DNA of 63,428 nt, filler included, from Nitrospinota bacterium (lineage in GTDB: Bacteria > JAUXIQ01): NCBI GenBank assembly GCA_030620925.1. It is 13 parts of 13 records of this genome, joined end to end, with 100 filler letters (N's around TTAATTAATTAA, not from the genome) between each part and the next. Parts side by side here need not be neighbours in the genome. Positions count along the whole stretch, not along the records: positions 52,897 to 63,428 come from JAUXIQ010000035.1; 12 more parts are not named here. The stretch is one strand, 5' to 3'. The position numbers and the translations under genes were made by a program. The first letter of the stretch is position 1; the number at the start of each line of letters is the position of its first letter. Below the pieces are notes generated by a model. It saw only the letters and a program-made list of their open reading frames with translations. It had not been told where the DNA came from and made no database searches. Shown here piece after piece: positions 55,567 to 63,428 of the stretch.

Positions 55567-56709
55567 ATGCTACGGACCAAAGAAGTGAAAATAAAAGGAT
55601 ACGAAAGTGTAACGTTCCTGGAAGATAAAAAGATCGGGATGAGAGGATACGTGGCGATTCATGATACTTCGTTGGGTCCGGCGGTGGGTGGATGTCGAAT
55701 GCTGAAATATGATAATCAGAACCTGGCCTTAAAAGATGCCCTCAGACTTTCCCGCGGAATGACTTATAAAAGCGCTGCAGTGGGGCTCAATTATGGCGGG
55801 GGTAAAACGGTTATCATAGCCAATGACGTCGGTTCCAGGCGCGAGATGGTTTTTGAGAGGCTCGGAAGTTTCATTAATGATTTGGGCGGAACGTACATCA
55901 CCGGGGTAGATGCGGGCACCAACCTGTATGATATGAAATTTCTTAAAAGGCACACCGAATATGTCGCTGGAGTCCCGTCTCCAGGGCATGAGATCGGCGA
56001 TCCTTCCATGGCCACGGCCTACGGGGTTTACATGGGTATGAAGGCCTGCATAAAAGAGAAGCTGGGACGCAGGGATTTCCAGGACCTTAGGGTGGCCATA
56101 CAGGGAGCGGGTAAGGTGGGTGGCTACCTCATAGAAAGGCTCACCAAAGAAGGGAGTAAAATTATCCTGGCGGAGCCGCGAGAGGAGATCGCCCAACAGA
56201 TGGCCCAAGAATTCGGCGTGGATTTGGTCAAACCGAATCAAATATACAACGTCGAAGCGGATATATTTGCCCCGTGTGCGCTGGGAGGAATGCTGAACAG
56301 CAGAACCATACCCAGGCTGAAAAGCCCTATAGTAGCAGGAGCGGCGAACAACCAGCTGTTGACAGACAAGGCCGGGGAACTTCTCCATACGCGAAATATA
56401 CTCTACGCTCCCGACTATGTGATTAATGCGGGCGGCCTCATCTGCGTGGTTCTGGATATGGAAGGTTCCAACATGGCAAACATCCTACTGAAGACTTCTC
56501 GCATATACGACACCCTTCTGGATGTCTTCAGAACCTCAAAGAGCGAAGACCTTCCTCCCTATCTGGTAGCCGACAGAATGGCGGAACGGAAAATTATCAA
56601 AGCGAATACGGATAAAGAGATGGAAAAAAAGAAGCCGGAAGACACTCGCACGTCTTACGGTACGGATCAAGAGCAGACTAAGACTACCGCAGCAAGCATG
56701 CATGCTTGA
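55567..56709 (+). CDS. Leu/Phe/Val dehydrogenase family amino-acid dehydrogenase
   Basis: IHDTSLGPAVGGCRM, LRLSRGMTYK, GGGK, QGAGKVG, APCALGG, GAANNQL, APDYVINAGG. Confidence 0.93.
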   Translation: MLRTKEVKIKGYESVTFLEDKKIGMRGYVAIHDTSLGPAVGGCRMLKYDNQNLALKDALRLSRGMTYKSAAVGLNYGGGKTVIIANDVGSRREMVFERLGSFINDLGGTYITGVDAGTNLYDMKFLKRHTEYVAGVPSPGHEIGDPSMATAYGVYMGMKACIKEKLGRRDFQDLRVAIQGAGKVGGYLIERLTKEGSKIILAEPREEIAQQMAQEFGVDLVKPNQIYNVEADIFAPCALGGMLNSRTIPRLKSPIVAGAANNQLLTDKAGELLHTRNILYAPDYVINAGGLICVVLDMEGSNMANILLKTSRIYDTLLDVFRTSKSEDLPPYLVADRMAERKIIKANTDKEMEKKKPEDTRTSYGTDQEQTKTTAASMHA

Positions 56710-56766
56710 ACGTAATTCCCTCATCCAAAGGGAGATTCTTTTAGGTTAGAGGTTTCAAGGCTTCTG

Positions 56767-58242
56767 ATGAACAGGAAAAAAGCAGCGATAGATGTAAAAA
56801 CTGAGATACCCGGGCCCAATTCGCAGAATTGGGTCGAAGCATATATGAAGCATGCTGCTCCCTCAACATACGCCTACCCCTTCGTGTGGGACGTTACCTC
56901 CTGGGCGCAGGGACCTTTCTGCACTGATGCTGACGGAAACGTGTTCATCGATTTTTACGGACACGTGGGCGCTGCACCGCTGGGATACAACAACCCGAAG
57001 ATACTCTCTGACTGCGGTGTGCCTTTCGACCCCGTAAAAACGGCTGAACACGATACCTTCCTCGCTGTGGGCAAGGACCCCTTTGGTTCTCGCAACGTCC
57101 GTTTCAAAAAGCCCCGGGCATCCGACTTCAGGACTGCCACAGATCTTCAGAACCTTCTGGTAAAACTCACCTCCGGGTTCCAGATGGATATGGTTTTCCT
57201 GGTGAATTCGGGGGCCGAAGCGGTCTCCAACGCAATTAAGATAAGCATTCATAGGAAGTTCAGAGAGGTAAAGGCCAGGATAGGGGATGAGCTTTTCGGG
57301 GAAATGTGCAGACAACTGGGTATAGCGTCCAGCGGGCTATTCACAGACCTTTACGCAGACTATCCTTTGTTTGGTCTGGCAGCCGCGGGCGCTTTTCATG
57401 GCCGAACCATGGACGTGCTCTCCCTCACCAACAGCAAGAAAGCACAAAAAGAGGGTTTTCCCACCTTAGGCTGGGTAAAGCATGTGGATGTCGTGGATTC
57501 GGTCTTCGATCCGGCAGAGCTGATGTGTGAGGCCGACCTTAAGACTCTCATCTTGAACAAGCGCCTGGGCAGGGTTGTGCATGAACAGGGAAGGGTGCCC
57601 GGAGAGTTGCTGGCTTATATAATAATCGAGCCCATCCAAGGTGAAGGGGGTTATAAGATACCCCGCACTGAGAACGTCAAGGTGCTCGCCGATGTAGCAC
57701 AGCGTCATAACTCACTGTTGATCTCGGATGAGGTTCAGACCGGCATAGGAAGGACCGGCCACTGGTGGGGCATAGAGCACCACGGCGTCGTGCCCGACGT
57801 GATAGCTGTCGCTAAGGGTCTTCGTGTGGGTGCGGTGATCAGCCGGGGCAACAATTTTCCCGGGGAGTCGGGGGTAATCTCCAGTACATGGTGCGGCGGC
57901 GAGATTTCCATTGCCGTGGGCTACAAGACGTTGCAAATTATAGAAGAGGAGGGCTTGGTGCAGAACGCCGCGCAATCCGGTGACTACTTGATGGACGAGC
58001 TGCGGGGATTAAGGCGAGAGTATTCCTTTATAGAAGAAGTACGCGGTCGCGGGCTGATGGTGGGTATTGAGTTGTCGGACGCTGATAAAAGGGACAGGCT
58101 TGTGGAGATCTGTTTTGAGAAGGGGCTCCTTGTATTGGGTTGCGGCAAAAAGACCATCAGGATGCTGCCGCCACTTGACGTCAGGCCCAGGGAGATGGAT
58201 ATGGCGGTGGCTGTATTCGAACGGGCTCTATCCGAGCTTTGA
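56767..58242 (+). CDS. Class III aminotransferase (4-aminobutyrate/ornithine/lysine-6 type)
   Basis: NSGAEA, AFHGRT, EPIQGEGGY, DEVQTG.GRTG, PLP Lys in VAKG, RGRGLM. Confidence 0.9.
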   Translation: MNRKKAAIDVKTEIPGPNSQNWVEAYMKHAAPSTYAYPFVWDVTSWAQGPFCTDADGNVFIDFYGHVGAAPLGYNNPKILSDCGVPFDPVKTAEHDTFLAVGKDPFGSRNVRFKKPRASDFRTATDLQNLLVKLTSGFQMDMVFLVNSGAEAVSNAIKISIHRKFREVKARIGDELFGEMCRQLGIASSGLFTDLYADYPLFGLAAAGAFHGRTMDVLSLTNSKKAQKEGFPTLGWVKHVDVVDSVFDPAELMCEADLKTLILNKRLGRVVHEQGRVPGELLAYIIIEPIQGEGGYKIPRTENVKVLADVAQRHNSLLISDEVQTGIGRTGHWWGIEHHGVVPDVIAVAKGLRVGAVISRGNNFPGESGVISSTWCGGEISIAVGYKTLQIIEEEGLVQNAAQSGDYLMDELRGLRREYSFIEEVRGRGLMVGIELSDADKRDRLVEICFEKGLLVLGCGKKTIRMLPPLDVRPREMDMAVAVFERALSEL

Positions 58243-58284
58243 GCATGTCAATAAATTTTAAATATCGTATCTCAAAAGGAGTCT

Positions 58285-58311
58285 AAGCCTCGCCTATGCG
58301 GGGCTTTTTTT
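58285..58311 (+). terminator. Intrinsic terminator between the aminotransferase and aldehyde dehydrogenase genes
   Basis: AAGCCTCGC-CTAT-GCGGGGC followed by T7. Confidence 0.7.
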
Positions 58312-58349
58312 CATCGCAATTCCCTCTTATCAGAGAAGGAAAGGCAGTT

Positions 58350-59861
58350 ATGGCTGAACACTCAAAACCAATAGAAGGAAAGAACTACATAGAAGGAGAG
58401 TGGGTGAGCTCCTCTTCAGATGATATTTTCGAGAGCAGAAACCCGGCTGATACCGACCAGGTATTGGGAGTTTTCCCTCGTTCGACGGAGCAAGATGCAA
58501 AAAGAGCTGTTGAAGCCGCCGTCAAAGCTTTCAAGAACTGGAAGAGTCTCTCCCGCATTAAGCGGGGGGAGCTGTTCGACAATTTCGCCCAGATTGTGAA
58601 GAGTGAACAGGAAGAGCTCTCCCGGCTTGTTACCATGGAGTGCGGGAAGGGAATCAATGAGGGCCGGGCCGATGTGGTGGAAGGTATACACATGGTGCAG
58701 TATGTGTTCGGGAGCAGCCGGATGCCTTCGGGACAGGTGGTGGCATCAGAGATTGCGGAGAAGGAATCCTACATGAAGCGTCATCCTAAAGGTCAGGTGG
58801 CGGCCATTTCCCCCTGGAACTTCCCATTTGCAATACCATTGTGGCTGTTGGGCCCATCCCTCCTTGAAGGCAACACCGCGGTATTCAAACCTTCGGAGGA
58901 CACGCCTCTCATAGGCCACAAATTGGCTGAATATTTTCATCGGGCGGGTTTCCCGCCCGGAGTAGTAAACGTCGTCCACGGATACGGGGAGGAGGCGGGC
59001 GCACCGCTGGCGGCTCATCCGGAAATAGACGTGGTCCTCTTTACCGGTTCCTACGAGGTGGGTTCCCGGATAAAGCAGATTTGCTCCAACTACTATAACA
59101 AGATGGCGGTCTGCGAAATGGGCGGCAAGAACGCTCTCCTCATCCTGGAGGATGCAGACATGGACATCGCCGTCAGTTCAGCGGTGCTCAGCGCTTTTAA
59201 GACCAGCGGACAGCGGTGTGTCAGCGCCGGGCGCTTTATAGTTCATGAGAAGATGGCGGACGAGTTTACCGAGAAGTTTCTTGAAATGACCAACCGCATC
59301 GTTATCGGCAACCCCCTGAGGGAAGACGTTTTCATGGGCCCCATCATAAACGAGCAAGGCTTGAAGAAGGTGGAATACCATAACGAGATGGCCGTAAAAG
59401 AGGGGGCGGAAGTTCTCCTGAAAGGAGAGAGGCTTGGCGGAAAAGAGTACGATCGCGGCTTCTTCATTAACCCCTTCGTTTACAAGATGAAACATAATCA
59501 TGAGAGTTTCGTCCTGAGAGAAGAAGCCTTCGGACCTCACGTGGCCATAATCCCCGTGGGGAGCGTAGAGGAAGCCATAGAGGTTTACAACGATACTGAG
59601 TATGGATTGTCGATGGCGGTCATTACCGAGGACTACAGGAAGGCCCGCCTGGTTGAAGAAAACTGCGAATATGGCCTGGGCTATGTAAACCTGCCCAGCA
59701 TAGGCGCGGAGGTGCATCTGCCCTTCGGAGGCGTTAAGAGGAGTGGAACCGGGATGCCGTCGGCGGCCACCCTCATCGACGCTGTCACCCACCGGGTGGC
59801 ATGGACCATAAATCACGGCACCGAGATTAAGATGGCGCAAGGGTTAGGTGTTGAGATATAG
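58350..59861 (+). CDS. NAD(P)-dependent aldehyde dehydrogenase
   Basis: PWNFP, KPSE, FTGS, EMGGKN, SGQRCVS, EEAFGP, PFGGVKRSG. Confidence 0.95.
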   Translation: MAEHSKPIEGKNYIEGEWVSSSSDDIFESRNPADTDQVLGVFPRSTEQDAKRAVEAAVKAFKNWKSLSRIKRGELFDNFAQIVKSEQEELSRLVTMECGKGINEGRADVVEGIHMVQYVFGSSRMPSGQVVASEIAEKESYMKRHPKGQVAAISPWNFPFAIPLWLLGPSLLEGNTAVFKPSEDTPLIGHKLAEYFHRAGFPPGVVNVVHGYGEEAGAPLAAHPEIDVVLFTGSYEVGSRIKQICSNYYNKMAVCEMGGKNALLILEDADMDIAVSSAVLSAFKTSGQRCVSAGRFIVHEKMADEFTEKFLEMTNRIVIGNPLREDVFMGPIINEQGLKKVEYHNEMAVKEGAEVLLKGERLGGKEYDRGFFINPFVYKMKHNHESFVLREEAFGPHVAIIPVGSVEEAIEVYNDTEYGLSMAVITEDYRKARLVEENCEYGLGYVNLPSIGAEVHLPFGGVKRSGTGMPSAATLIDAVTHRVAWTINHGTEIKMAQGLGVEI

Positions 59862-59968
59862 GTTTTCATGCAGAGGTTATGCTGACAAGAAAAAGGGCCG
59901 TGATAGATTACCCGCCACTTTTTTTCTCGAAAACTGAACGAATGGGAAGATTATAAATACCGCCAGGT

Positions 59969-60547
59969 TTATTCTTTTTCTTCTTCATTCTCTTCTTCCT
60001 GCAGGTTTTCCAGATCCTTACCCTCAAACTCGAGGTTTTCCATATTATCATCCAGTTCGTTTATCGCCGGAGGTGACTCTTCGTCATCGCTCCCGCTTTC
60101 CAGGTCGGCCAGTTTTATAGTGTCGGAAAAAAGGTTGACCAAAAGCTCAGAAGAGTTCTGCCGTGTCAATTTATCCTTATTTTCCCTCTCGGACTGGCAG
60201 TCCACGCAGTATTTGGCGAAGGGCAAGGCTTCCAGACGCTTAAAGGAAATTCTGCTATCGCATTCCTCACAAAAGCCGTAGGTCCCTTCTTCGATCCGGG
60301 TAAGGGCATCGTCTATGGCCATGAGCTCCTGCCGCTCATGGTCGCTGAGGAGGAGGTTCAGTTCCTCGTCTCTGGAAGTTGCTGCGAGGTCGGAGCTATC
60401 TCCCTTTCTTTCGGTCTTTTTCCCCTGGTGGGATAGAATACTGAGGCTGCTAATCAGGTTCTCCCGTCTATTGAGGAGAGCCTGTTTCTGTTTTTCAAGG
60501 TCTTTATCTTTCTTAACTTTGTCAGTCTTTGAGATTTTGCGCGTCAT
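59969..60547 (-). CDS. DksA/TraR C4 zinc-finger protein with acidic C-terminal tail
   Basis: DSSDLA coiled-coil tip, ALTRIEEGTYGFCEEC...RLEALP...CVDC. Confidence 0.9.
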   Translation of the reverse strand: MTRKISKTDKVKKDKDLEKQKQALLNRRENLISSLSILSHQGKKTERKGDSSDLAATSRDEELNLLLSDHERQELMAIDDALTRIEEGTYGFCEECDSRISFKRLEALPFAKYCVDCQSERENKDKLTRQNSSELLVNLFSDTIKLADLESGSDDEESPPAINELDDNMENLEFEGKDLENLQEEENEEEKE

Positions 60548-60942
60548 TTCGCGAACCCTTCCAGCTATAAGCAATCGCTATATCTGTTGTAACAATTTGC
60601 ATTAGGACTTAAGTGAACCTTTGCCTCACTTCTCTGTTTGTGTGCACTTCACAGAAAACATGCGCAGGGAGCCACTGACCTTTTCTTTGGAGTAAGTTTA
60701 TAATATAAGATGGCGAGGTGGATTTGGTCAAGAGCTTAATGCTTTTTTATTAATAATTTGATTATTTACCGCCATAATTTATGCCAAGGGGTTATAAACC
60801 GGAATACTTGTCCGATACCTTTCTCCCTTCGGCAGATTCCCCGAAATAGATTGAATTAACCGTCGGCCTATGCTATAAAAAGCCAACCCGAGATAGGTTT
60901 AGAATAAAATATATCACACGAAAAGAGAGGGAGCATTCAGCG

Positions 60943-61704
60943 ATGAGCACTAATTTTTCTCTGGAAGGAAAAGTTGCGATAGTCACCGGCGGCGGGCGTG
61001 GCATCGGGAGAGCCGTCGCGCTGGGCTTGGCCGATACGGGTTGTGAACTGGCCATCTGCAGCAGGACTCCTGCTGAATTGGAAACTACGGCCAAAGACAT
61101 AGAAGCCAAAGGTCGCAAGTGCCTGGCGATGGAGACGGACCTCAGCGATTTCCAACAGATTCAGAAACTGGTGGAAGCCACCAAGGAAAAATTCGGCAAA
61201 ATCGACATACTGGTGAATAACGCCGCCAGGAGCTTCCTTCGCCCTCTCATGGAACTGCGCGAGGACGGTTACGACAAGATCATGGATACCAACGTTAAAG
61301 CCCTCTTCTTTTTGAGCAGGGAATGCGCCCAGATCATGAAGGACCAGGGTGGCGGCCGCATTATAAACATCACCACGGTTGGAGCGGAACGGGCAGGCAA
61401 GGGACTGGGGGTATATCATTCCAGCAAAGCGGCGGTCAAGATGCTCGCCATGTGCATGGCCAACGAATGGGCCGAATATAATATAAACGTAAACTGTGTG
61501 GGGCCCGGATTAACGCGCACCGAATTCAGCCGGCCCATCTGGGAGAACCCGGAAATGGCCAAGCGTGTCGCCAGCGCCATTCCCAAGGGCCGCATCGCGG
61601 AACCGGAGGAGATTGCGGGAGCGGTAGTATACCTGGCTTCCGAAGCTTCCTCTTTCGTTACCGGTCAATCTATTTATGTTGACGGCGGCTCCATGGCCTC
61701 CTGA
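60943..61704 (+). CDS. Short-chain dehydrogenase/reductase
   Basis: TGGGRGIG, NNAA, YHSSK, VDGG. Confidence 0.94.
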   Translation: MSTNFSLEGKVAIVTGGGRGIGRAVALGLADTGCELAICSRTPAELETTAKDIEAKGRKCLAMETDLSDFQQIQKLVEATKEKFGKIDILVNNAARSFLRPLMELREDGYDKIMDTNVKALFFLSRECAQIMKDQGGGRIINITTVGAERAGKGLGVYHSSKAAVKMLAMCMANEWAEYNINVNCVGPGLTRTEFSRPIWENPEMAKRVASAIPKGRIAEPEEIAGAVVYLASEASSFVTGQSIYVDGGSMAS

Positions 61705-61721
61705 GCAATTGGAAAAACATA

Positions 61722-61757
61722 AAGGGGGAGAACCGATTCAACAGGCTGCTCCCCCTT
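61722..61757. terminator. Hairpin between the convergent SDR and nitroreductase genes
   Basis: AAGGGGGAG...CTCCCCCTT. Confidence 0.5.
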
Positions 61758-61788
61758 CTGTTACTTTTCTTAAATCTCCATTTACCTT

Positions 61789-62463
61789 CTAATCCAGGCC
61801 TATCCAGCTGCAGACTGTATCCAGTTCCTCCCTGTATGTATCAGCTTTTGAGACGGGATTATCGTAGTCAGGATAGCCTACGCCTATGCCCACTATGAGG
61901 CGTTTCTCGGGCGGTACCTGAAGAAATTCTTTAACGTCGAGCTCGTAGTTAAGCAGCATACCTATGCTGCAGGTAGCCAACCCCTCTTCCTGGCAGGCCA
62001 GGTGAAGGGCCATGCTGGCCGCACCCACATCGAGCAGGTAGCGGGTGTTGAGTCCCTTGTCTATGAAGAATAGAATGGCCGCGGGCGCCCCGTAGAACCG
62101 GTAGCTTCCTTCCATCATTTCCTGATCGCTCAAGTTTACTTTGTATTTTTCCATTTCAGCGGTCATGAATTGACGGTGTTTGCCCATCCGTTCGGTATAG
62201 GCCGGAGGGATGCTTTTGAAGGGCTGTTTGTTGGGTTCATCCGTGGAGAACTTCTTTTTCTCTCTGCTGAATTCCACCAGCATCTCGCTCAACTGCTGTC
62301 TCTTTTCTCCTGCAACAACCACCAGGTCCCAGGGCTGGACGTTTGAGCTGGATGGCGCTCTGATAGCCGCGTTGAGCACTTTCTTAATCAGATCACTGGA
62401 AACAGGGTCCGGCTTGAATGCCCTTACAGTCTTGCGCTTAGCTATAGCATCATAGACGTTCAT
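61789..62463 (-). CDS. Nitroreductase family protein
   Basis: AIAKRKTVRAF, APSSSNVQPW, FYGAP, GLATC, GVGYP. Confidence 0.92.
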   Translation of the reverse strand: MNVYDAIAKRKTVRAFKPDPVSSDLIKKVLNAAIRAPSSSNVQPWDLVVVAGEKRQQLSEMLVEFSREKKKFSTDEPNKQPFKSIPPAYTERMGKHRQFMTAEMEKYKVNLSDQEMMEGSYRFYGAPAAILFFIDKGLNTRYLLDVGAASMALHLACQEEGLATCSIGMLLNYELDVKEFLQVPPEKRLIVGIGVGYPDYDNPVSKADTYREELDTVCSWIGLD

Positions 62464-62868
62464 CCTTCCTCCTTTGCTATTGGTATAGATTGACGATCAT
62501 AAGCCATTAGAAGGTTCTCCGCCCCTTTCGGTTCCCCGTTGCAAGTATATTATAGATGTCTCTGCTATGAAAGGATATGACGGGTTTCAGCTTGAAAATC
62601 GTTTTTTTTTGAATAAAAGTGAAAAAAATTTCATTAAGGGGTTGATTTTTTCTGTTTTATTATTATATTGTTACTTTTAAATGCTCTGGGCGGGAATCGA
62701 TAATCAAATTTCTCAATCGGCCTCCTAGACGCCTTTCTATATGGGTTCAGTGGGACTCTCCTTCTGAACCGCTATCAAATGTTCCGGTTTGATAATTGGG
62801 AAAAAAGTATGCGGTTCCGCGTTTGGAACCGTCCACAGGGAAAAATTGTCTGAAAAAAAGGAGAAGAA

Positions 62869-63153
62869 ATGCTCTGCACCACGGTTAAAAAGGATATCGA
62901 CTGCAACTTCATGACCTCTCAGGGTTGTACCTTCAACGGCGGGAGCTGTCATACCATAGTGGAAAAGTGTAATGGGTGCGATCACGTGGTTTCCTTTCAG
63001 GGGAATCAGTATTGCAGGGCCTACGCCGACCCCTCTTCCAAATGGGTACTCGGCAGGTGTAACTTTGCCACTAACGTGATTAAGGATGGGTTGAAGGAAA
63101 GCAAGCGGTTGAACCCCCTTAAGGAGTCCAAGAGGAAAAGCAGGGGAAAATAG
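62869..63153 (+). CDS. PxxKW family cysteine-rich small protein
   Basis: C.T...C.FM...GC.FNGG.C..IVEKC.GC...YC..Y.DPSSKW...CNFAT...LNPLK.SKR. AAGGAG RBS. Confidence 0.85.
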   Translation: MLCTTVKKDIDCNFMTSQGCTFNGGSCHTIVEKCNGCDHVVSFQGNQYCRAYADPSSKWVLGRCNFATNVIKDGLKESKRLNPLKESKRKSRGK

Positions 63154-63230
63154 CGGGAAAATTCAAGCTCGCCATCCCACGGTAAAAAGTATACAGCGGG
63201 GCAGCCCTGGTCCTCCCCCCCTTCGTAACT

Positions 63231-63428
63231 TCAAGGCTGCCCCATACCTTCCTTATCAGAAGATATTTCATCTATGATAATCGTGATCCGATTATCGCTC
63301 CATCGCTGAAATATCAGGCGCACCGGCGCATCATCTTTCTTGCGGTGGGCGAGGCAGCCCTCTACGAGGATGTTCTGCCTCGTATCCTGAAAGACCACCT
63401 CTAAATCCTGGTTTTTAAACTCATAAAG
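63231..63428 (-). CDS. Hypothetical protein, C-terminal fragment
   Basis: Open frame from the window end: LYEFKNQDLEVVFQDTRQNILVEG...GMGQP*, 66 codons. Confidence 0.5.
   Translation of the reverse strand, partial: LYEFKNQDLEVVFQDTRQNILVEGCLAHRKKDDAPVRLIFQRWSDNRITIIIDEISSDKEGMGQP

Noticed and set aside
14089-59840. Long antisense or alternate-frame ORFs such as 14089..15048, 23911..24885, 29096..30076, 32068..32889, 32879..33700 and 59178..59840
   Set aside because: They are shadows of well-supported genes in GC-rich DNA and carry no recognisable motifs.
63198-63243. GGGGCAGCC...GGCTGCCCC stem as an RNA gene
   Set aside because: It overlaps the end of a convergent reading frame and is better explained as a terminator-like hairpin. 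No tRNA or known ncRNA features.

Overview
The window is not one continuous locus. It is 13 assembly contigs of a moderately GC-rich bacterial genome (probably a MAG) joined by twelve artificial 100-nt linkers (N44-TTAATTAATTAA-N44), so many genes are cut at contig edges and synteny across linkers means nothing. Gene content suggests a Nitrospinota/Tectomicrobia/Deltaproteobacteria-like organism (inference only). Respiration and redox genes: a Nitrospira/Nitrospina-type cytochrome bd-like oxidase with two cytochrome c genes, a DmsA/DmsB-like molybdoenzyme pair, an HdrB-HdrC fusion, glcDE, and a multiheme cytochrome with its own ResB/ResC maturation genes. Catabolic genes: class I benzoyl-CoA reductase bcrCBA, an amidase with a small partner protein, a paired acyl-CoA dehydrogenase, and an Lrp-linked amino-acid catabolic cluster. 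Housekeeping and other genes: comEC, aspS, era, recO, argS, meaB, ABC and MFS transporters, and ClpX-like, DksA-like and PxxKW proteins. Two signals stand out. First, the DmsA-like gene extends 29 codons upstream of the called ORF through an in-frame TGA that sits exactly at the first Cys of the N-terminal [4Fe-4S] motif (U-S-H-D-C-G-G-R-C) and is followed by a hairpin, so it is a candidate selenocysteine cluster ligand. Second, a 17-bp palindrome, TCCCGC-N5-GCGGGA, occurs about 14 times, nearly always inside or beside GTAG-type REP hairpins, with matching empty and filled sites visible in the window. No rRNA, tRNA, CRISPR array or transposase was recognised.
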